A DNA stretch of 64,000 nt, from NCBI GenBank assembly GCA_038523235.1, contig JBCBJQ010000002.1:64001-128000 (forward strand), written 5' to 3'. Positions 30,433 through 40,840 of the stretch are shown one piece after another. Made by a program: the position numbers and the translations under genes. The notes below the pieces were generated by a model. The model searched no databases and had not been told where the DNA came from. It saw nothing but the letters and a program-made list of their open reading frames with translations. This DNA comes from Cyanobacteria bacterium J06626_4 (GTDB lineage: Bacteria; Cyanobacteriota; Cyanobacteriia; Phormidesmidales; Phormidesmidaceae). The first letter of the stretch is position 1; each line of letters starts with the position of its first letter.

Positions 30433-31275
30433 ATGAAAGCCAACAAACTTTTTATCTTACTGCTAGGTAGCACCCTGTTAATAGCGGGTGGCTGCTCTGG
30501 CACCCGTACCGTCGAAGAAGATGCGACCGCGACCGCCGGCACGATTAAAGTAGGGGGGTCTGCAGAGGCCTACGATGCGATAGAACTGCTGGTTGATGGC
30601 TACAACGCTGAAGTTGGAGAGCTTGAGGCAAACTTTCTCCCGGCTAGTCAAACCAGCGGCGGGATTGAGGGCGTGAAGCAAGCGGCCCTCGATATTGGTG
30701 GCGTGAGCCGCGAGCTCTCAGCGGATGAAATCACCGATGAGCTAACCTACGTGCTGATGGGAGAAACCCCCCTCGTCATCGCCGTACATGAATCGGTCAC
30801 CGGCGTCACCAACATCACCCCGGATCAAATTCAAGGCATTTATCGAGGCGACATCACCAACTGGCAAGAACTGGGCGGCCCCGATGCTGAGATTGTTCTG
30901 CTCGATTTGCCAGAAGATGAGAATGAAAAAAAGGTTCTCCGAGAAGCCTACCTCGGGGATGATTTGGAAATCACCTCTAAAGCAGTCGTTTTCCCTGAAG
31001 ATGATGAACTGTTTGAGACGATTGGCAACTCAGACTTCAGTATGTCGGCAATTCCCCTAGAAGAGGAAACTGAAGAGCTATCCGTCACTGTGTTGAGCAT
31101 TGACGGTGTGGCGCCATCGATTGAAACCATCCAATCCGGGGACTACAAGATGTCTCTGCCCATTGGGTTCGTGATTTCACCGTCACCGGTGCCAGCAGTG
31201 CAGGCTTTGGTGGACTTCATGGCAACTCCAGAGGGGCAAGACATTCTGGTGGAAGCTGAATTCATCGCACCATAA
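30433..31275 (+). CDS. PstS-fold (PBP_like_2) substrate-binding lipoprotein, highly acidic
   Basis: Lipobox AGGC, IKVGGS, DIGGVSR, GIYRGDITNWQELGGPD, IDGVAPS..I.SGDY. Confidence 0.85.
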   Translation: MKANKLFILLLGSTLLIAGGCSGTRTVEEDATATAGTIKVGGSAEAYDAIELLVDGYNAEVGELEANFLPASQTSGGIEGVKQAALDIGGVSRELSADEITDELTYVLMGETPLVIAVHESVTGVTNITPDQIQGIYRGDITNWQELGGPDAEIVLLDLPEDENEKKVLREAYLGDDLEITSKAVVFPEDDELFETIGNSDFSMSAIPLEEETEELSVTVLSIDGVAPSIETIQSGDYKMSLPIGFVISPSPVPAVQALVDFMATPEGQDILVEAEFIAP

Positions 31276-31467
31276 GCTCAGCAATCAGGGTCTACCATGC
31301 GTATAGCCTCCCTCGATCCCATGGGGGCACTATTCGATCGAGGGAAGCAGACTGGCTTTTGTCGTTCTTCAAGTCTGATGGCTGGCGTTGCGGCGGTGGC
31401 TAACGTTGCCACTTTGATGCCGTCCGCTCTCTCTCTCAATGCCTGCCTCCTGAAAACCGCTAAGTTC

Positions 31468-33468
31468 ATGGCTTTAATCAATCACATTTTTAATTATCGC
31501 CGCTCACCCTTACCGGTCAAAATCGCTCTGCCGTTTATTTTCTTGTTTCTAGGACTGTGGACGACAGGAACTTTCGTTCTGGGAGAATATTTTGCCAACG
31601 TCCTTGATCGCAGGCAAAGGGAGAAAGCCATTGATTTGGCTAACCTGCTTGAGCGCGACTTAGAACAGAAAATGGATAACCTGCGGCGCGATGCTCGTCT
31701 GTTGGCGATTGAATCCACGATTGCCCGCCATACTGCCGAGGGCGATCGTCAAGCGCTGCTGCAGAAACTCTTACCCCTCAAGTCGATATTGGATGCTGAT
31801 GTTATTCAGGTTTTAGATACTGATCGTCAAACCCTGTTAGATACTCGGACCAATGCTCTGCAAGCAGCTGACCTAGAGAAGGATGCTCTCCTCCGCCTGG
31901 TATTGACGGGGACCGAGGTGTCTACGGTCGTCAGGAGTGGCGATGCTGCCCCTGCTTTAATAGTGGGCACGTCTCCGATCAAAACCGAGCAGGGCATTGT
32001 GGGGGGGGTGGTGTTGGGGATTGCCCTCAGTGATGAGTTTCTCACCCAAATTAATCGAAACATCGTAGAGGAAATCTTACTCCTGTCTGATGGTCAGGTG
32101 GTGGCGTCAACGTCTGCACCTAGTCCTCAAACCCTGGAATGGATCGATTCTTTCTATCAAGACGACCAGGCTGCGAGGCAACTGCAGCAAAATAAAGACT
32201 ATTTGACGAAGATTTTTTCTCTAGAAGGTACTGATGGCGAGTCTGTTGACGTCGCCCTATTGATTTCTCAAAAGCCGGTACAGCAAGCTCAGCGAGCACT
32301 TTGGTTAGTCATTGTGGGGATATCGAGCTTGAGCTTAGGGCTAGCGGCGATCGCAGGCTACTGGATAGCCCGCAAAATTGCTAAACCGATCCAGTTGATT
32401 ACAGACACTGCCAAGCAAGTCGTCGAGAAGGAAAACTTCAGTTTGCAGGCGTCTGCTGACCGCGAAGACGAAATCGGCGCTTTAGCTGAGGCCTTGAATC
32501 AACTGATTGCCTGGGTGGGGCAATATACCCATGACCTGGAGCTAGCGAGCCAGACCCTAGAAGCCAAAGTAGAAAGTCGTACGGCAGAACTCACCAGCAC
32601 CCTCTCAGAGCTGAAGGAAGCGCAGTCTCAGCTGATTCAGACGGAGAAAATGTCGAGCCTAGGGCAGATGGTGGCCGGTATCGCCCATGAGATTAACAAT
32701 CCCGTCAACTTTATTCAAGGGAATATCAATCCTCTAAAAGATTACATTCAAGACCTACGGGATCTCTTGACCACTTATCAGAGTGAATACCCGGAGCCGA
32801 CCACAAGAGTCTTAGCTAAGCAAGCAGAAATTGACCTGGAATTTGTGCTGGAAGATTCGAGCAAAGTGTTGCAGTCGATGAAAATCGGGACACAACGAGT
32901 CCAGGATATTGTGGTGTCTCTGCGTAACTACTCCCGACTAGACGAAGCCGTCATCAAAGATGTGGATATTCACGAAGGGTTGGAAAGTACCCTGCTGATT
33001 TTGAGCCATCGCCTCAAATATGACGTTGACGTGATTAAGGAGTATGGCTCTTTGCCGCTAGTGCGCTGCTCGCCCGCTCAGCTTAATCAGGTTTTCACCA
33101 ACATCATTGCGAATGCGCTGGATGCCATGTTTGACCATGACAGCGACCCCAAGCAGTTAACGATCGCAACGCGAGTCTTGGGGTCTGACCAGGTTCAAGT
33201 CAGTATTCGCGATACGGGGCCTGGCATGTCCCCTGAGGTGAAGGACAAGATTTTCAATCCCTTCTTTACGACTAAGGCTGTGGGGAAAGGGACGGGCCTT
33301 GGGCTGGGCATTTGTTTCAAAATTGTCGAACACCACCAAGGTCGGATTGAGGTGAACTCTCAGGTCGGAGAGGGCACGGAATTTTTGATTACTCTGCCGA
33401 CTGAAGCGCTGCCAGCAGATGTGGAAGGGCTCGCCGATAAGGATGTAACCTCTGCCTTCGCTTCATAG
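31468..33468 (+). CDS. Sensor histidine kinase (Cache-like periplasmic domain, HAMP, HisKA, HATPase)
   Basis: Two TM, DEIGALAEALN, QTEKMSSLGQMVAGIAHEINNP, NQVFTNIIANA, DTGPG, GKGTGLGL. Confidence 0.95.
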   Translation: MALINHIFNYRRSPLPVKIALPFIFLFLGLWTTGTFVLGEYFANVLDRRQREKAIDLANLLERDLEQKMDNLRRDARLLAIESTIARHTAEGDRQALLQKLLPLKSILDADVIQVLDTDRQTLLDTRTNALQAADLEKDALLRLVLTGTEVSTVVRSGDAAPALIVGTSPIKTEQGIVGGVVLGIALSDEFLTQINRNIVEEILLLSDGQVVASTSAPSPQTLEWIDSFYQDDQAARQLQQNKDYLTKIFSLEGTDGESVDVALLISQKPVQQAQRALWLVIVGISSLSLGLAAIAGYWIARKIAKPIQLITDTAKQVVEKENFSLQASADREDEIGALAEALNQLIAWVGQYTHDLELASQTLEAKVESRTAELTSTLSELKEAQSQLIQTEKMSSLGQMVAGIAHEINNPVNFIQGNINPLKDYIQDLRDLLTTYQSEYPEPTTRVLAKQAEIDLEFVLEDSSKVLQSMKIGTQRVQDIVVSLRNYSRLDEAVIKDVDIHEGLESTLLILSHRLKYDVDVIKEYGSLPLVRCSPAQLNQVFTNIIANALDAMFDHDSDPKQLTIATRVLGSDQVQVSIRDTGPGMSPEVKDKIFNPFFTTKAVGKGTGLGLGICFKIVEHHQGRIEVNSQVGEGTEFLITLPTEALPADVEGLADKDVTSAFAS

Positions 33469-33529
33469 GCAGTTTTGGGAATTCGCTCTCAGCTTTGTTA
33501 GCACCAAGTCAGCAAACACGCTCAAGCTT

Positions 33530-33564
33530 GCGATCGCACTTTCCCATCAGCGTAGCGGCGATTG
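33530..33564 (+). repeat. HIP1-flanked small dispersed repeat, copy 1 (copy 2 at 34344-34378)
   Basis: GCGATCGCACTTTCCCATCAGCGTAGCGGCGATTG vs GCGATCGCTCTCCCCGTTAGCGTAGTGGCGATCGC. Confidence 0.6.
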
Positions 33565-33660
33565 TCCTTCGGACGGGTTCCGCCAACGCGCTGCCAAATC
33601 CTTAAACAGGCTGCTGAGTTGTCGTTGGGGCGATCTCATGTTCGACTGGGCTCAGAGGTC

Positions 33661-34278
33661 TTATACAAACCCGTTAAACACTTGCTCAGCCGTGAGTTGT
33701 AGATCAGTAAAGGTTCTGGAAAGGATGCGATCGCTGCCCCGAAACTGGCTCAGCTCATATTCCCCATCTACCAGCGTACAAACCGTGAGCGTTGGCTGTT
33801 TGGGAGAACCAATGTAGCGTCGTCCACCAAGCCCCAGATAATCCACGATCCAATACTCTTGAATTCCCAATGCTTCGTAGTCAGCCATTTTGATGAGATA
33901 GTCAGTGCGCCAGTTTGTAGATACCACCTCAACAGCTAGCTGTATGCTCTGGCCTGACGTGATGATCGATTCGCATTCCCAGCGTGGCTCATTCGAGGTT
34001 GGTGTCTCATCTAACACCACGATATCGGGTTCATATCCGGTGTCATCAGCAATCTTGAGCAGGCACTCTTTTGGAATAAACCACGGTTGCTGTATTTGCC
34101 GAACAGCCGAACCCAATTCATAAGTCAAATCTCCTGCGATTCTGGAATGCTTGCCTTTGGGTTTGGGCATCTCAATGATTACTCCCCGTTTCAGCTCGTA
34201 GCGGTGCTCGGCATCATCGGGATACCACTCCACAAACTCATCGAACGACGTGGGCGTCTTGTCAGATAGGGCAATCAT
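33661..34278 (-). CDS. Uma2 family putative endonuclease (DUF820)
   Basis: RYEL..G, YEPDIVVL, LAVEVVSTNWRTDY..K..DYEALGIQEYWIVD. Confidence 0.93.
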   Translation of the reverse strand: MIALSDKTPTSFDEFVEWYPDDAEHRYELKRGVIIEMPKPKGKHSRIAGDLTYELGSAVRQIQQPWFIPKECLLKIADDTGYEPDIVVLDETPTSNEPRWECESIITSGQSIQLAVEVVSTNWRTDYLIKMADYEALGIQEYWIVDYLGLGGRRYIGSPKQPTLTVCTLVDGEYELSQFRGSDRILSRTFTDLQLTAEQVFNGFV

Positions 34279-34454
34279 CGCGATCTCACCTCCCTAGCGT
34301 TTCACAATCGTCGCTATCAACTAAGTGTAGAAGATTGAAGAGAGCGATCGCTCTCCCCGTTAGCGTAGTGGCGATCGCCCTGCTCCCCTTAAGCAGACCG
34401 CTATGACGTCAACAGAATGATTAATCGATCCACTTCAATGGCTAAATCACTGAT

Positions 34455-34808
34455 CTAACGTAAGGGGAGAAACCTCACTTGCCCTTCCCACTCGCCTTCC
34501 AGACTGCATTCGGCAATTAAAATAATTTCCTCAATCGCGAGTCCAATAGGAACTCGGCGACTGACCTCAAACAATCCCGGCATAGCCAATCCAGCCTGAA
34601 TTCGTTCGTAGGCAAATGTGATCATGGTGGCAACGTCGTGAGTCAGCACAATGCGATTTTCTTGGGCAGCCCAGGCTAGGACGGCTGGGTCATCGCCCCC
34701 CGATAAACCGATATCTTGAACACGAACCATGTCAATCTCTGGGCGTTGACGCAGAACCCCACGCACGATTTGATTGTTGAAGTTTTCATCAGCCAGAAAA
34801 CGAATCAT
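34455..34808 (-). CDS. DUF5615 PIN-like toxin
   Basis: RFLADENF, DDPAVLAWAAQENRIVLTHD. Confidence 0.9.
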   Translation of the reverse strand: MIRFLADENFNNQIVRGVLRQRPEIDMVRVQDIGLSGGDDPAVLAWAAQENRIVLTHDVATMITFAYERIQAGLAMPGLFEVSRRVPIGLAIEEIILIAECSLEGEWEGQVRFLPLR

Positions 34809-34814
34809 TGCCAG

Positions 34815-35147
34815 TTATCCGGGCTGATTTCGTCTGGCGAGGAGGCGATCGCGGATGCCGCTAGGATTCAAGCGTTGTTCCACTTGCTGTTGAATAACGG
34901 CGGCTTGCTGTTGTCTGTCGGCTAAATAGATGTTTACCTCATCTCGATGTCTGAGGTAATAGCCAATAACCAGATAAATCTCGGATAGTTGCAATGACGG
35001 ATACTGTGCTGCAATTTCCTCGGGCGTGCAGCCCTCAAGAAAGGCGATCACAACGGTATCTAGGGTTACGCGAGTTTTTGCCACTCTGACAACGCCTTGT
35101 TCGTCAATCTCTATCGGGGCAGGTTCAAGGGCGATCGCTAGCGTCAT
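34815..35147 (-). CDS. DUF433 antitoxin
   Basis: TRVTLDTVV..F.EG.TPEEIA.QYPSLQL..IY..I.YYL. Confidence 0.9.
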   Translation of the reverse strand: MTLAIALEPAPIEIDEQGVVRVAKTRVTLDTVVIAFLEGCTPEEIAAQYPSLQLSEIYLVIGYYLRHRDEVNIYLADRQQQAAVIQQQVEQRLNPSGIRDRLLARRNQPG

Positions 35148-35327
35148 AAACAAAATGAGGTTTCTACTCGATAGGGTAGCAAATCCAAAATTTGCAAGGC
35201 TGGCTGGCCAGTTTGAGCAAAAGCGCGATCCCTGCCTATAAGGCTAGAAGCGATCGCCTTTCCAACTCCTTTCAGTTATCCAGAACCTCGGCTTGTGACG
35301 GTGGTTTATCAGCTTTGGAGACAATTC

Positions 35328-36194
35328 ATGACACCTAGTGAACCCAGCAAGATTGACGTAAATGGAAACATCCACACTGACTTTGAAAAAGCATTTCAAG
35401 ATGCCTATCAGTTTCAGTACAGTATGGGCCACTGGGGGACAACGTATAGATTAGTTACTTATGACGTCGAATTTGTTACTTATTACGTTGGAGATTTAGT
35501 GTTGCCATCGGGTCACCTTGTGGCTTGCGATCCGGGAGTAAGGGCAGATTTTGAGTATGCCTTCACGCAAACCATCCAACCGGGACGCTACCCCATCATT
35601 CTGAGTCTAGCGGGCTTCAAACCTGAGATACCGAGTTTGCCTAGTCCAAAAAACTCAATATTCAATGTCCTAAATCGAGCTTTTCGCAAAAATCAGAATG
35701 TTCCTGGCCCCTTCAGAAGAATTGCTTGCGCCATGCTAAAGGTAACCCAGCAGAAACCTGTTCGATGGGAAGTAGCGTTTCTGAATCTAGACTGGTCTGC
35801 CGAGTATCAGAATTATGGTGTGGACTCTGCGACTGGCTGCTTTATGGATGTTGAGATTGGCCGCCGCCTCAAGCAGCTTGGGGAGGCTAACCCAGATGAG
35901 GAATGGGATGAGGCTTTAAATAGGTTACGCGCTCAGTTTTACGAGCCATTGATGAACGAAAGGCGCAAAAATAAGACGGCAGATGTAAACAATGAATACC
36001 CTTACGACAGCAAGGGGAACTGGGCTAATCGCTGTATCGACGAAGAAACTGGAGCTAACGTCATTGTTTTTGGTTCGGGCTGGGGAGATGGCGGCGATGC
36101 GTCTTACTGGGGCTACGACGCTGACGGTAACATTGCCTGTCTCATGACTGATTTTGCACTTTTCGGCAGTGATGATGAGGACGATGAAGAATAA
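35328..36194 (+). CDS. DUF4241 domain protein
   Basis: LPSGHLVACDP, YGVDSATGCFMD, SGWGDG...SYWGYDADG...L.TDF. Confidence 0.85.
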   Translation: MTPSEPSKIDVNGNIHTDFEKAFQDAYQFQYSMGHWGTTYRLVTYDVEFVTYYVGDLVLPSGHLVACDPGVRADFEYAFTQTIQPGRYPIILSLAGFKPEIPSLPSPKNSIFNVLNRAFRKNQNVPGPFRRIACAMLKVTQQKPVRWEVAFLNLDWSAEYQNYGVDSATGCFMDVEIGRRLKQLGEANPDEEWDEALNRLRAQFYEPLMNERRKNKTADVNNEYPYDSKGNWANRCIDEETGANVIVFGSGWGDGGDASYWGYDADGNIACLMTDFALFGSDDEDDEE

Positions 36195-36259
36195 TCGTAC
36201 GGTTCCTCAACACCAATAGATTTGAAAGCGATCGCCCCACCCACCACCTTTAAGTGCTC

Positions 36260-36292
36260 AGAACCCCGGCTTTTCCAAAAAGCCGGGGTTCT
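36260..36292. terminator. Bidirectional terminator-like hairpin between DUF4241 and clpB
   Basis: AGAACCCCGGCTTTT-CCA-AAAAGCCGGGGTTCT perfect 15-bp stem. Confidence 0.75.
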
Positions 36293-36302
36293 TTTGAGAG
36301 CC

Positions 36303-38921
36303 TTACACCGTTGCCAGTTCGGGGGCTTGGCGTTTGAAGACGAGGCGTTCGTTTTCCACATCGGCGTAGATGCGATCGCCGTTTACAAAATCGCCCCGCA
36401 GGATGCCCTTGGCCATGGGCGTCTCCAGTTCCTTTTGGATCGCCCGCTTGAGCGGACGGGCACCGTAGACGGGGTCGAAGCCGACTTGGGCCACCCAATC
36501 CAACGCTTCTTCCGACAGCGTGAGAGACATCTTGCGCTCGCCCAACCGCTGCTCTAGGCGGTTGATTTGCAGTTTGACGATTTCCCGCAGTTGCTCTTGG
36601 CGTAGGCTGTGGAAAATGATCAGCTCGTCCACCCGGTTCAGGAACTCAGGGCGGAACTGACCGCGCATGGCCTCCATCACGCGATCGCGCATGAGGTCAT
36701 ACTTCTCATCGTCGCCCGCCAGATCCAGAATGTACTGGGAGCCGATATTGCTGGTCATAATCACGACACAGTTGCGGAAGTCCACCGTACGCCCTTGAGA
36801 ATCGGTCAGGCGACCGTCATCCAAAATTTGCAGCATGATGTTGAACACATCAGGGTGAGCCTTTTCGATTTCGTCGAACAGGATGACCGCATAGGGGCGA
36901 CGGCGAATCGCTTCAGTGAGCTGACCGCCTTCGTCAAAGCCGACGTAGCCGGGAGGAGCCCCGATCAGCCGCGCGACGGCGTGCTTCTCCATATATTCCG
37001 ACATGTCGATGCGGACGATCGCTTCTTCGGTGTCGAACATATAGGAGGCCAGTGCCTTCGCGAGTTCGGTTTTGCCGACGCCCGTGGGGCCGAGGAAAAT
37101 GAAGCTGGCAATGGGTCGGTTGGGGTCAGCGAGACCCGCGCGACTCCGCTGAATCGCGTCAGATACTGCCGTCACCGCTTCATCTTGACCAATCACCCGC
37201 TGATGAAGTTCATCTTCCAGGTGCAGCAGCTTCTCCATTTCGGAGGCGACCAGCTTACTGACGGGAATGCCCGTCCACTTAGAGATGATTTCGGCGATGT
37301 CTTCTTCTGTGACTTCCTCCCGCAGCAGCGATTGACCGCTGGTTTGGGCATTTTCTAACTTCTGCTCAGCGTCTTCGACTTTGCGCTGCAAGTCGGTGAG
37401 CTTGCCGTACTTCAGCTCCGCCGCGCGATTCAGGTCATAGTTGCGTTCCGCCTGCTGAATCTCGATGTTGACGTGATCCAGCTCTTCCCGCAGTTTTTGA
37501 ATGTCGTCGATCAGGTCTTTTTCAGACTGCCACTGGGCATTCAAACCGGACTGGGTTTCTTTGAGATCCGCCAGTTCTTTCTCCAGGCGCTCTAGCCGAT
37601 CCAGCGACCCCGCATCGGTTTCATTCTTCAGCGACAGGCGCTCCATTTCCATCTGAAGGATTTTGCGATCGACTTCGTCCAGCTCCTCCGGCTTGGAGGT
37701 AATCTCCATCTTCAGCTTGGCTGCCGACTCATCCACCAGGTCGATCGCTTTGTCAGGCAAGAAGCGATCGCTGATGTACCGGGTCGAAAGCACCGCCGCT
37801 GCCACCAAAGCACTGTCGGAAATCTTGACCCCGTGATGCACTTCGTAGCGCTCCTTGAGTCCCCGCAGAATAGAGACAGTGTCCTCAATGCTGGGCTGAT
37901 CGACAAACACCTGCTGGAAGCGCCGTTCCAGAGCCGCATCCTTTTCAATGTATTTACGATATTCATCCAGTGTGGTCGCGCCGATACAGCGCAGTTCGCC
38001 CCGCGCCAGCAACGGCTTCAACAGGTTGCCCGCATCCATCGAACCCTGGGTCGCTCCGGCTCCCACCACGGTGTGAATTTCGTCGATGAACAGCACCATC
38101 TGTCCGTCGGAATCTTGTACTTCCTTGAGGACAGCCTTGAGGCGCTCTTCAAACTCACCGCGATACTTCGCACCCGCAATCAGGGCGCCCATATCCAGGG
38201 CGATGATTTTGCGATCGCGCAATGACTCGGGCACATCCTTGCTAATGATGCGCTGGGCCAGCCCTTCGGCGATCGCGGTTTTACCCACGCCGGGCTCCCC
38301 AATCAGTACCGGATTGTTCTTCGTCCGCCGCGAGAGAATCTGAATCGTGCGGCGAATCTCATCATCCCGACCGATCACCGGGTCGAGGCGGCCTTCTCGC
38401 GCCAGCTCCGTCAGGTCGCGACCATATTTTTCCAGTGCTTCGTATTTGCCTTCCGGGTTTTGATCGGTCACTTTCTGATTGCCTCGCACGTCTTTGATAA
38501 TGCCTCTGAGGGAATTTTCGTTCAGGTTAAATTCGCGAAATAGCGCCTGCCCAAACCGACTGTCTTTGGCGTAGGCCAGCAGTAAATGTTCGATAGAAAT
38601 GTATTCGTCGCCGAAGTCTTTGCGGTAGCTATCGGCGCGATCGAGCAGCTGATCGAGGCTGTTGCCCAAATAGACCGAACCGCCGGCATTGCTAATTTTG
38701 GGCTGCTTCGCCACGAAGTCGGTGGTGCGATCGCGCACATTCTGCACGTTTACTTCCGCCTTGTTAAAGACCGAAACCGCTAGCCCTTCTTGCTCTAAGA
38801 GCGCCTGCATCAGGTGCTCACTCTCGATCTGCTGGTGTTTGGCTTCTTTGGCAATCTCCGGCGTGCGGACAATCGCCTGCCACGCCTTTTCGGTAAATTG
38901 ATTGGGATTCGTCGGTTGCAT
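36303..38921 (-). CDS. clpB: ATP-dependent chaperone ClpB
   Basis: [14 protein letters not shown], two AAA modules GEPGVGKT and GPTGVGKT, middle coiled coil, GARPLKR. Confidence 0.98.
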   Translation of the reverse strand: MQPTNPNQFTEKAWQAIVRTPEIAKEAKHQQIESEHLMQALLEQEGLAVSVFNKAEVNVQNVRDRTTDFVAKQPKISNAGGSVYLGNSLDQLLDRADSYRKDFGDEYISIEHLLLAYAKDSRFGQALFREFNLNENSLRGIIKDVRGNQKVTDQNPEGKYEALEKYGRDLTELAREGRLDPVIGRDDEIRRTIQILSRRTKNNPVLIGEPGVGKTAIAEGLAQRIISKDVPESLRDRKIIALDMGALIAGAKYRGEFEERLKAVLKEVQDSDGQMVLFIDEIHTVVGAGATQGSMDAGNLLKPLLARGELRCIGATTLDEYRKYIEKDAALERRFQQVFVDQPSIEDTVSILRGLKERYEVHHGVKISDSALVAAAVLSTRYISDRFLPDKAIDLVDESAAKLKMEITSKPEELDEVDRKILQMEMERLSLKNETDAGSLDRLERLEKELADLKETQSGLNAQWQSEKDLIDDIQKLREELDHVNIEIQQAERNYDLNRAAELKYGKLTDLQRKVEDAEQKLENAQTSGQSLLREEVTEEDIAEIISKWTGIPVSKLVASEMEKLLHLEDELHQRVIGQDEAVTAVSDAIQRSRAGLADPNRPIASFIFLGPTGVGKTELAKALASYMFDTEEAIVRIDMSEYMEKHAVARLIGAPPGYVGFDEGGQLTEAIRRRPYAVILFDEIEKAHPDVFNIMLQILDDGRLTDSQGRTVDFRNCVVIMTSNIGSQYILDLAGDDEKYDLMRDRVMEAMRGQFRPEFLNRVDELIIFHSLRQEQLREIVKLQINRLEQRLGERKMSLTLSEEALDWVAQVGFDPVYGARPLKRAIQKELETPMAKGILRGDFVNGDRIYADVENERLVFKRQAPELATV

Positions 38922-39129
38922 AAATCTCTCCGGCTAGCAAAATCAGCGAAGTGAGCGCCCAGAAATCAGAAGTCAGCCCTGAGCTGATCACGAACTCATT
39001 TCTGAGTTCTGGCATCTCACCTCTGTACTAACTATGCCGGATCTCGTAAAACTTCAGGTTCGTGATGCCGTATGCCAAAAGGGGCGATCGCCTCACCATT
39101 CTGCATTCACCTCTCAACGCCCTACAAAT

Positions 39130-39452
39130 AACCCTCTTGTTAGATGGCCATCCTGGCTGTCCTTAACCAAGCTGATCCGAGGTTGCATTCTGGCGGGGTT
39201 GAGGCAGGCGAGGACGCCTACCCAATGGGTTTCACAACAGATTTGGGCAAGTTTGGAAACAGCGATCGCCCCACCCTGTCAAGCATCCACCTTCTAACTT
39301 CCCTGGACAACCCTCTTGTTAGATGGCCATCCTGGCCGTCCTTCAGACTGATTCGAGGTTGCATTCTGGCGGGGTTGAGGCAGGCGGGGACGCCTACCCG
39401 ACAAGTTTTTTAATAGATTTAGGCAGTTTGAAGAAAAGCGATCGTCCATCCC
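39130..39452 (+). repeat. Two tandem ~145-bp REPIN-like units (179-bp period) upstream of RAYT
   Basis: Units start 39130 and 39309: TGTTAGATGGCCATCCTGGCyGTC ... GGCAGGCGrGGACGCCTACCC ... HIP1-like end. Confidence 0.85.
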
Positions 39453-39456
39453 ATCC

Positions 39457-39924
39457 ATGAAAGAGCCAGAACTCAAAATTACTCAGCGAATGCTACCCCA
39501 CTGGGAATATGAAGGCTCGACCTATTTCATCACCTTTAACACCTGGGAAAGGCTCGAACTTTCTCCTGCTGCGCGGCAGATTGTACTGGATGCTTGTCTG
39601 TTCTTCCACACTCAGCGGTACGACCTTTTTGCCCTGGTCGTGATGCCCGAGCACGTCCATATGCTGATTCAACCACTGCCTAAAACTGAGGAAGACTATT
39701 GGCCGCTCAGCAACATCATGCACAGCATCAAAAGCTATAGCGCCAAACAAATTCCGAAAGTCATGCCACACATCGGCACTGTCTGGCAACCGGAAAGCTA
39801 CGACCATATCGTTCGCAGCGATCGCGCCTTCGCCGCCATCTGGAATTACATTCGCCAAAATCCTGTCAAAGCAGACCTATCAAGCTCGCCAGATTGCCAT
39901 CCATTCCTCTGGCAAAAATGCTAG
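39457..39924 (+). mobile_element. REP-associated tyrosine transposase (RAYT, IS200-like Y1 HUH)
   Basis: LPHW...TYFITF, VMPEHVH (HUH), WQPESYDHIVR, YIRQNPVK. Confidence 0.9.
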
Positions 39925-39976
39925 CGATCGCCTGACTCATCTAGAGATGCTATCGAAGAAGTTTAAGGAAAAGACG

Positions 39977-40222
39977 ATGTCACGGCAGGTGCGATCGCTG
40001 CCCATCAACAACGCCACTTTAAAGACCCTCATGCAAGAACTCGGCGATGAGTGCAGTCGAGTGCTTGAACTGATGCATCAACTCCAAGTGTCCAACCTAC
40101 AAGACAACCAGAAAGCGGACATCTTGGCTGAGATCTTGGCCTCAGTGATTCACCTGCATACCCACTGCGATGAGGATTTACAGGGCGCCATTGCGGGTGA
40201 GCTGGATAGTCTGCCGGAATGA
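39977..40222 (+). CDS. Small helical hypothetical protein (possible orphan antitoxin)
   Basis: 81-aa ORF with AAGGA RBS; LHTHCDEDLQ motif. Confidence 0.6.
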   Translation: MSRQVRSLPINNATLKTLMQELGDECSRVLELMHQLQVSNLQDNQKADILAEILASVIHLHTHCDEDLQGAIAGELDSLPE

Positions 40223-40262
40223 TTTTTGTGGAAAGCGATCGCTTTGCCCTTGAACCGTTGCC

Positions 40263-40790
40263 TCAGCGATGTCCTGTTATTTCCCGTACCCATCGCGGCA
40301 AGAAAAGATTGAAAATCAGCAATGAACTTGTTATGAGCGCCATAGCAGTATTTCTCATCGGCGTGGATGGTATGTCGTAACCGAAAACAACTGTGACTAA
40401 GAAACTGCCACCTACCAAGTTCATGAGACCGTTTAGTAAGGTCACTGTCAGAATGGGTATTTTTGTGTATTGTGAACACCAGCGACCAAAGCGGACAACT
40501 CTTGCAACGGTGAAGATGCCCAAGCCAGCGCCGATAACCAGATATAGAAACAACAGGCCCAAGAAGGAAAAGGTCAAACCAAATGCCTGACCGACGGTAT
40601 AAGCATTCCCAGACCCAAATTCAAATTGCGTCATCCATTCGTAAGTTATGACACCGACTGCCCACATGATGATGGGCCCCAAAGTGCAGGCCAAGATCAG
40701 GCCATAGCAACCAATCGCCTCCCACACACCGTCCGTCTCATTCTTTCTATTCACTGGTTTATCCTTCTTTGGGGCGATCGCCCCACCCAA
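40263..40790 (-). CDS. Hypothetical membrane protein (true start probably downstream of HIP1 at 40774)
   Basis: Four hydrophobic segments. Confidence 0.6.
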   Translation of the reverse strand: MGGAIAPKKDKPVNRKNETDGVWEAIGCYGLILACTLGPIIMWAVGVITYEWMTQFEFGSGNAYTVGQAFGLTFSFLGLLFLYLVIGAGLGIFTVARVVRFGRWCSQYTKIPILTVTLLNGLMNLVGGSFLVTVVFGYDIPSTPMRNTAMALITSSLLIFNLFLPRWVREITGHR

Positions 40791-40840
40791 GCTACCAAGA
40801 CAATCCCCCTTTTCTTAGAAGCCGTACGACAAAAGAAAAG

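Noticed and set aside
36609..38343. Long plus-strand ORFs opposite clpB
   Set aside because: Antisense shadows of a conserved, codon-biased gene
38922..39080. CIRCE heat-shock operator upstream of clpB
   Set aside because: No TTAGCACTC-N9-GAGTGCTAA match seen
39130..39452. Possible CRISPR array
   Set aside because: Only two ~145-bp units with conserved interiors, no unique spacers, no cas genes; better explained as REPINs
39034..39476. Short ORFs with repeated NPLVRWPSW peptides
   Set aside because: Translations of the REPIN repeats
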